From positions 12,406 to 76,405 of the forward strand of contig CBDHFH010000003.1 of NCBI GenBank assembly GCA_965262455.1: a stretch of DNA of 64,000 nt. Direction: 5' to 3'. Source of the stretch: Gammaproteobacteria bacterium. GTDB taxonomy: Bacteria; Pseudomonadota; Gammaproteobacteria; UBA4575. The number at the start of each line of letters is the position of its first letter. Positions within the stretch are counted from its first letter, which is position 1. A program made the position numbers and the translations under genes. The notes under the pieces are model-generated. The model saw only the letters and a program-made list of their open reading frames with translations. It ran no database searches and had not been told where the DNA came from. Of this stretch, positions 59,463 to 64,000 are shown one piece after another.

Positions 59463-61823
59463 ATGCGTTGCATTAACTTGTCACCGACTTATTACGCAAT
59501 ACCCATACAATCTTGTACTATTAGACTATTAAAGTTATGTGCATTTTCTATTTTATTTTTTTTATTAGCCGTCCCCTCATTTGCAGTAGATACTGACAAC
59601 GACGGTATTTCTGACGCTACAGAATTGTTAATTGGTAGTGATCCCTATGTTGGTGAAACGTCAACATTAAGCTTACATACTGAGGATAATAATCCGATTC
59701 TAGAAGGTTGGACAGGTAACTTATCAGCTGGGATGACTACCTCGGGTATTCAAAATGATTTAGGATTTGATTCTTGGGGTATTGGTACAATATTTGTAGG
59801 TAGCAGTGGTGGGTATACTCAAACACTCAACTCAACTCAACAATATGGATGGGCTTTGATTGCAAGAATTAGAGCTTCTGAGTTTACAAGTCCACCAGGT
59901 AATAATCCTCTAGTCTTCACACAGTACTCTACAGGCTCTTCAAGATACTCTTTAACATTCTCTGGCAATAATTTTACTGATACAACTGTTTATACTAATG
60001 ATGGGCGTTCCCATACCCTTACCGGAGAAGGAAGCGTATACCATTTATACCAAATTATTTTTAATCCCTTTACACAATCTGCTCAAGTATATATAAATGA
60101 TAGTCTGATTTTTGATGATTATGCGGGTAATGAAGTTGCATCTACTCAAGAAATATTTTTTGGTAGTGCGACAACTACCGCAGTTGGTGGAGGTCGTTAC
60201 AACTTAGTTCAGTTTGTTACTATTAATGGGGATGCCGATAGAGATGGTGATGGTCTAACTGAACACGAAGAGTTAACGCTCAATACAAATCCACTATCAA
60301 TGGATACTGATGGTGATGGATTTAATGATAGAGTTGAAGTTAACTTTGGAACTGACCCGTTATCTGAGTTAAACAACCCAGTACTAACTAAAGTTGTTCC
60401 CAACGATGTTGATGATGATGATCGATTTGGCGGAAGTGTCGCACTATCGGCTGATACTGCTATTGTAAGCGCACTTCAAAATAGCAATGGTCTTGGTGCA
60501 GCATATGTTTACACTCGAAGTGGTAATAATTGGATTGAACAGCAAAAACTTGTTCCAAGTGGAAACTTCGTGGGTTTTGGATCGAGTGTGGATATTGATG
60601 GGGATACAGTGATCGTTGGTGCTGGAGCAAATGAAGAAGCCTATGTCTTCACTAGAACTGGTTCGACCTGGAGTGAACAGCAAACACTTACTTCGAGTGA
60701 TATGTTTTTTGGTGATAATTTTGGCTTTAGTGTTGGCATCTCTGGTGATACAGCAGTCGTTGGTGCGTATTTAGATAATGAAAATGGGATCCAGTCCGGG
60801 TCAGCATATGTATTTACTCGCAATGGGTCACTTTGGAGTGAGCAACAAAAGCTAACAGCGAGTGATGCTGCCTCAGGAGATCTGTTTGGTAACTGTATCG
60901 ATGTGTCAGGTGATACAGTTGTTGTTTGTGCAATTAATGATGATGATAATGGTGTCAATTCAGGATCTATTTATGCATTTACTCGCAATGGATTAGTCTG
61001 GAATGAACAGCAAAAGTTAACTGCAAGTGATGCCGCTATTTTAGACAGCTTTGGTAGTGATGTTGCAATTGAGAACGACACTATTGTGGTTGGTGCAAAT
61101 TCAACAGATGAAAATGAATTTAATTCTGGTGCAGCCTATGTCTTCACCCGCAGTGGAGTAAATTGGAGTGAACAGCAAAAGTTAACTGCAAGTGATGCTG
61201 ATGCTAATGATAAGTTTGGAAACAGTGTTTCAATTTCCGGCAACAAGATCATCATAGGTTCAGCATTTGATGATCTAAGTACAAGTAATTCCGGCTCAGC
61301 CTATCTTTTTATTAGGACAAGCAATTCATGGGAAGAGGTAACTAAACTAGTAGCTATTGATGCTGATAGTGAAGACTTATTTGGTTGGGATGTAGCACTA
61401 TCTAATGACATTGTTATAAATGGTGCATTCTCTGATGAGGCGAATGGAATGAACTCTGGCTCTGCTTATTTATTTGACATGGACATTGACGATGACAATT
61501 TGATCAACGAAATAGAAATACAATTAGGAACAGATCAATTCTTATCAGATAGCGATGAAGATGGCTTGAATGATTTCAATGAACTTAATATTGATGGTGA
61601 CCCTACAAACTATACAGTTGGAATTGATACTGATCCAAATAATAGTGATACAGACAACGATGGGTTTAGTGACAGTGAAGAAGTAAATTCAGGCTCTGAC
61701 CCAAATGACCCATTATCTATACCAAGTATTCCCAGTGTCAAAGTGCCATCACCTTCTTGGTTATTCCATGTATTAGTCTTAACATTACTTATTATTGCTT
61801 TCAGACAAATTAGTGCTCAATGA
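59463..61823 (+). CDS. large surface protein: TSP3-type Ca-binding repeats + LamG-like region + 7 FG-GAP beta-propeller repeats + VPxP C-terminal sorting signal
   Basis: DxDxDGxxD motifs (DTDNDGISD, DRDGDGLTE, DTDGDGFND, DTDNDGFSD). Seven roughly 55-aa repeats FGxSVxIxGDTxVVGA...GSAYVFTRxGxxWxEQQKLTASD. C-terminus VKVPSPSWLFHVLVLTLLIIAFRQ. Confidence 0.75.
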   Translation: MRCINLSPTYYAIPIQSCTIRLLKLCAFSILFFLLAVPSFAVDTDNDGISDATELLIGSDPYVGETSTLSLHTEDNNPILEGWTGNLSAGMTTSGIQNDLGFDSWGIGTIFVGSSGGYTQTLNSTQQYGWALIARIRASEFTSPPGNNPLVFTQYSTGSSRYSLTFSGNNFTDTTVYTNDGRSHTLTGEGSVYHLYQIIFNPFTQSAQVYINDSLIFDDYAGNEVASTQEIFFGSATTTAVGGGRYNLVQFVTINGDADRDGDGLTEHEELTLNTNPLSMDTDGDGFNDRVEVNFGTDPLSELNNPVLTKVVPNDVDDDDRFGGSVALSADTAIVSALQNSNGLGAAYVYTRSGNNWIEQQKLVPSGNFVGFGSSVDIDGDTVIVGAGANEEAYVFTRTGSTWSEQQTLTSSDMFFGDNFGFSVGISGDTAVVGAYLDNENGIQSGSAYVFTRNGSLWSEQQKLTASDAASGDLFGNCIDVSGDTVVVCAINDDDNGVNSGSIYAFTRNGLVWNEQQKLTASDAAILDSFGSDVAIENDTIVVGANSTDENEFNSGAAYVFTRSGVNWSEQQKLTASDADANDKFGNSVSISGNKIIIGSAFDDLSTSNSGSAYLFIRTSNSWEEVTKLVAIDADSEDLFGWDVALSNDIVINGAFSDEANGMNSGSAYLFDMDIDDDNLINEIEIQLGTDQFLSDSDEDGLNDFNELNIDGDPTNYTVGIDTDPNNSDTDNDGFSDSEEVNSGSDPNDPLSIPSIPSVKVPSPSWLFHVLVLTLLIIAFRQISAQ
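60400..61490 (+). repeat. tandem in-frame roughly 165-bp coding repeats (FG-GAP blades) with high nucleotide identity between units
   Basis: For example tttactcgcaatgg...gagcaacaaaagctaacagcgagtgatgc, versus tttactcgcaatgg...gaacagcaaaagttaactgcaagtgatgc, versus cttcacccgcagtgg...gaacagcaaaagttaactgcaagtgatgc. Confidence 0.7.
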
Positions 61824-61847
61824 CCGCTTTTGCGCTGAAAACGGACT
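61823..61847. repeat. 25-bp direct repeat, copy 1 (ACCGCTTTTGCGCTGAAAACGGACT); overlaps the stop codon of the FG-GAP gene
   Basis: Identical 25-mer recurs at 62801..62825. Contains an imperfect hairpin CCGcTTTT-gcgctg-AAAACGG. Confidence 0.85.
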
Positions 61848-62000
61848 TAATTTGAGTAGGTTCAATAAATTTATAACTGAGGATACTTTCTTAATAGATT
61901 AGCGTGTACATTACAAAGTGATATTAATAGTTTCATTTTTCATTGAGAAGTTTGTAAGAGGTATCGTTGCTACATAGAATTACACTAAATTTTAAAAACT

Positions 62001-62540
62001 GTGGAATATAAAAAGGATGCCCAATTGAACTTATCCGTGCCAATACCGTTAAATGAAATGGAGAGACTAGCCGCAGTTAGAGATCTAGGCTCTCATACTT
62101 CAATTAATAGTGATAAATTTGACCAAATTACTTATCACACTGCAAAACAACTAAATACACCTTTCTGCTTCTTATCAGTAATTTATAGTTCAAAAATAAA
62201 ATTTTTATCTTCCTTTGGTTCAGAAGTTAAAGAAATTCCTCGTGAATTTGGGATTTGCACACATGTAATCGCCGAGATTAAAACAAGAAATCACTTTGAG
62301 CGTTTATATGAAATATCTAATATGCTCGACGATCATAAGTTTAGGGATAACCCTCTAGTGTGTAACTCACCAGAAGTGCGTTCTTATCTGGGCTATACAC
62401 TGCAATCAGCAAATGGTTGCAACCTAGGGACATTGTGTGTAATGGATTCTTCTCCCAGAAATTTTAGTAACGAGAATAAATTTAATTTAGCTGTCTTGGG
62501 TGAGATAGCAAACAAATTATTACTCGGTTCAATCAACTAA
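62001..62540 (+). CDS. stand-alone GAF domain protein
   Basis: GAF-like signature (ERLAAVRDLG ... DNPLV ... GCNLGTLCVMDSSPRNFS). 179 aa. A later start (MERLAAV) is possible. Confidence 0.65.
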   Translation: MEYKKDAQLNLSVPIPLNEMERLAAVRDLGSHTSINSDKFDQITYHTAKQLNTPFCFLSVIYSSKIKFLSSFGSEVKEIPREFGICTHVIAEIKTRNHFERLYEISNMLDDHKFRDNPLVCNSPEVRSYLGYTLQSANGCNLGTLCVMDSSPRNFSNENKFNLAVLGEIANKLLLGSIN

Positions 62541-62565
62541 ATAAAAAACCAAATAGTTTCAATCA

Positions 62566-62775
62566 ATGATAAGCAAAGATAATGAAAACTCTGATCAAGT
62601 ATTTGATCTTATTGATCGGATTAGATCCACTGAAATAGAGCTTATGAAATCTGCTCTATTGAAAGCGAATGGCGACCCAAATGTTGTAGCGCAAAGCTTT
62701 GGTGTAGAAGTATCGTATGTCTTTAGTAAAACACGAGAGTTAGACCTTGAGGAGTACTTACAGATTAATATATAA
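62566..62775 (+). CDS. small Fis/NtrC-C-terminal-type HTH protein
   Basis: 69 aa. A C-terminal helix-turn-helix-like segment (IELMKSALLKANGDPNVVAQSFGVEVSYVFSK) resembles the DNA-binding tail of Fis/sigma54 activators. Confidence 0.45.
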   Translation: MISKDNENSDQVFDLIDRIRSTEIELMKSALLKANGDPNVVAQSFGVEVSYVFSKTRELDLEEYLQINI

Positions 62776-62800
62776 ATATACTTCAACATATCTATTAATC

Positions 62801-62825
62801 ACCGCTTTTGCGCTGAAAACGGACT
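62801..62825. repeat. 25-bp direct repeat, copy 2 (ACCGCTTTTGCGCTGAAAACGGACT)
   Basis: Exact match to 61823..61847. Lies 26 nt after the HTH gene stop. Confidence 0.85.
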
Positions 62826-62936
62826 CTTGCTAGAAATTCATGCAAATTTATCTCTTAATAATGATTGCACGTACAGATTAATAATAAACAAAGTATAAAT
62901 TTAATTATATATATTCAGTTACGATTTCCTATTTAG

Positions 62937-63872
62937 CTATTGCCGACTCTCTGCGGCTTGTTGATCCGCGTGATATGACGACCGCACCATGGGTCCACTA
63001 GCGACATTGGCAAATCCCATTGCAAGCCCCTCTTCTTTCAGTATGTTGAATTCTTCGGGTGTTACATAACGCATCACAGGTAAATGATGTTTTGATGGTT
63101 GCAGATATTGACCGAGCGTTAACATATCGCATTGATGTTCACGCAGGTCGCGCATGACTTGCCTGACTTCATCTAACTGTTCGCCTAAACCCAGCATAAG
63201 ACCTGACTTGGTAGGGATATGAGGATTGTCTAGTTTGAATTTGTTAAGCAAGTCGAGCGACCATTGATAATCTGACCCTGGCCGGGCTTGTTTATATAAT
63301 CGCGGAACCGTTTCTAGATTATGGTTAAACACATCAGGCAACTGTGGTTGTAACGCTGTTAATGCTCTGTCCATTCGGCCACGAAAGTCTGGTACAAGCA
63401 CTTCTATTTTTATATCTGGATTCAATCTGCGTACGTGTTCGATACATTTCTGAAAATGTGTCGCACCACCATCCTTTAGATCATCTCGATCCACTGATGT
63501 AATAACCACATAATTAAGCTGCATTAATTTAATTGTTTCTGCCAGCTTACGCGGTTCTTCTTCATCAGGAGGTTGAGGCCGACCATGAGCGACATCGCAA
63601 AATGGACAACGGCGTGTACATAAGTCGCCAAGTATCATGAATGTCGCCGTACCATGGGCATAACATTCATTTAAGTTAGGACAAGACGCTTCTTCGCATA
63701 CGGTATATAAATCATGTTGTTTAATAAGCTTTTTTAAATGCGAAACTTTGTCAGAGTTAGTAATCTTGATACGTATCCAATCCGGCTTGCGCAATACAGC
63801 ATCTGACGGTAGTACTTTTATGGGAATGCGCGAGACTTTTTCCGCACCTCGTTGTTTTTGATGACTACCCAT
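62937..63872 (-). CDS. lipA: lipoyl synthase
   Basis: Radical-SAM CxxxCxxC (CTRRCPFC) plus the N-terminal auxiliary-cluster Cys motif ([12 protein letters not shown]). 311 aa. Confidence 0.9.
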   Translation of the reverse strand: MGSHQKQRGAEKVSRIPIKVLPSDAVLRKPDWIRIKITNSDKVSHLKKLIKQHDLYTVCEEASCPNLNECYAHGTATFMILGDLCTRRCPFCDVAHGRPQPPDEEEPRKLAETIKLMQLNYVVITSVDRDDLKDGGATHFQKCIEHVRRLNPDIKIEVLVPDFRGRMDRALTALQPQLPDVFNHNLETVPRLYKQARPGSDYQWSLDLLNKFKLDNPHIPTKSGLMLGLGEQLDEVRQVMRDLREHQCDMLTLGQYLQPSKHHLPVMRYVTPEEFNILKEEGLAMGFANVASGPMVRSSYHADQQAAESRQ

Positions 63873-64000
63873 ATGATATTAAACAATATAATTAATAAAA
63901 TTCATCTTGTATAAACGTTTCAAATGATAACGCTACATCATTAAGTGATTGTTGTATACCTAATTGCTTTAGCTGTATAACTTTCATGTTGGTTAACCCA

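Noticed and set aside
60400-61490. Regularly spaced repeats that could be mistaken for a CRISPR array
   Set aside because: The units are about 165 bp, in-frame and protein-coding (FG-GAP blades). They are not short repeat-spacer alternations, and no cas genes are present.
1-64000. Search for tRNA, rRNA, tmRNA or riboswitch-like structures in intergenic regions
   Set aside because: No GC-rich cloverleaf-like segments, T-loop GTTCGA(A/G)T motifs or rRNA-like stretches were seen in any gap longer than 100 nt. This cannot be excluded without covariance-model scanning.

Overview
The window is a 64 kb chromosomal segment from a low-GC (roughly 40-42% GC) gammaproteobacterium, most likely a serine-cycle methylotroph or methanotroph of the Methylococcales type. 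This attribution rests on a contiguous serine-cycle and C1-transfer gene block (MTHFS-like, fhcD, folD, sga, mcl, mtkA, mtkB, hprA, ppc, mtdA) together with gamma-type markers (amgK-murU, a PA2778/PA2779 pair, RegB/RegA). From 5' to 3' the window contains: (1) an LPS inner-core locus with GT9 heptosyltransferases, a waaF copy split by a frameshift in a 9-nt homopolymer, two Kdo/WaaP-family kinases, hldE, a radical-SAM enzyme, a Gfo/Idh/MocA oxidoreductase and a soluble double-PAS chemoreceptor; (2) ilvE, glnE and an Fe(3+) ABC transporter; (3) a PA2779/PA2778 peptidase pair, ppa, and a lexA-umuC-like operon with a GTTC-N7-GTTC candidate operator; (4) ilvD and the serine-cycle/C1 block; (5) dgkA and argE; (6) a locus with two TonB-dependent receptors, a RegB/RegA-like two-component system and two paralogous secreted proteins carrying VPxP (VPLPA/PEP-CTERM-like) C-terminal sorting signals, with a Fur-box-like inverted repeat; (7) argA, an EF-hand periplasmic protein, aldehyde dehydrogenase, an AlsS-like TPP enzyme and amgK-murU; (8) an AT-rich islet between murU and lipA encoding a lipoprotein, a 786-aa TSP3/FG-GAP beta-propeller surface protein with the same VPxP C-terminal signal, and a GAF + mini-HTH gene pair bracketed by 25-bp direct repeats. 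No rRNA, tRNA or CRISPR array was recognised. Several ORF-track start sites use TTG/GTG and were trimmed to the first plausible ATG (or, for folD, GTG).
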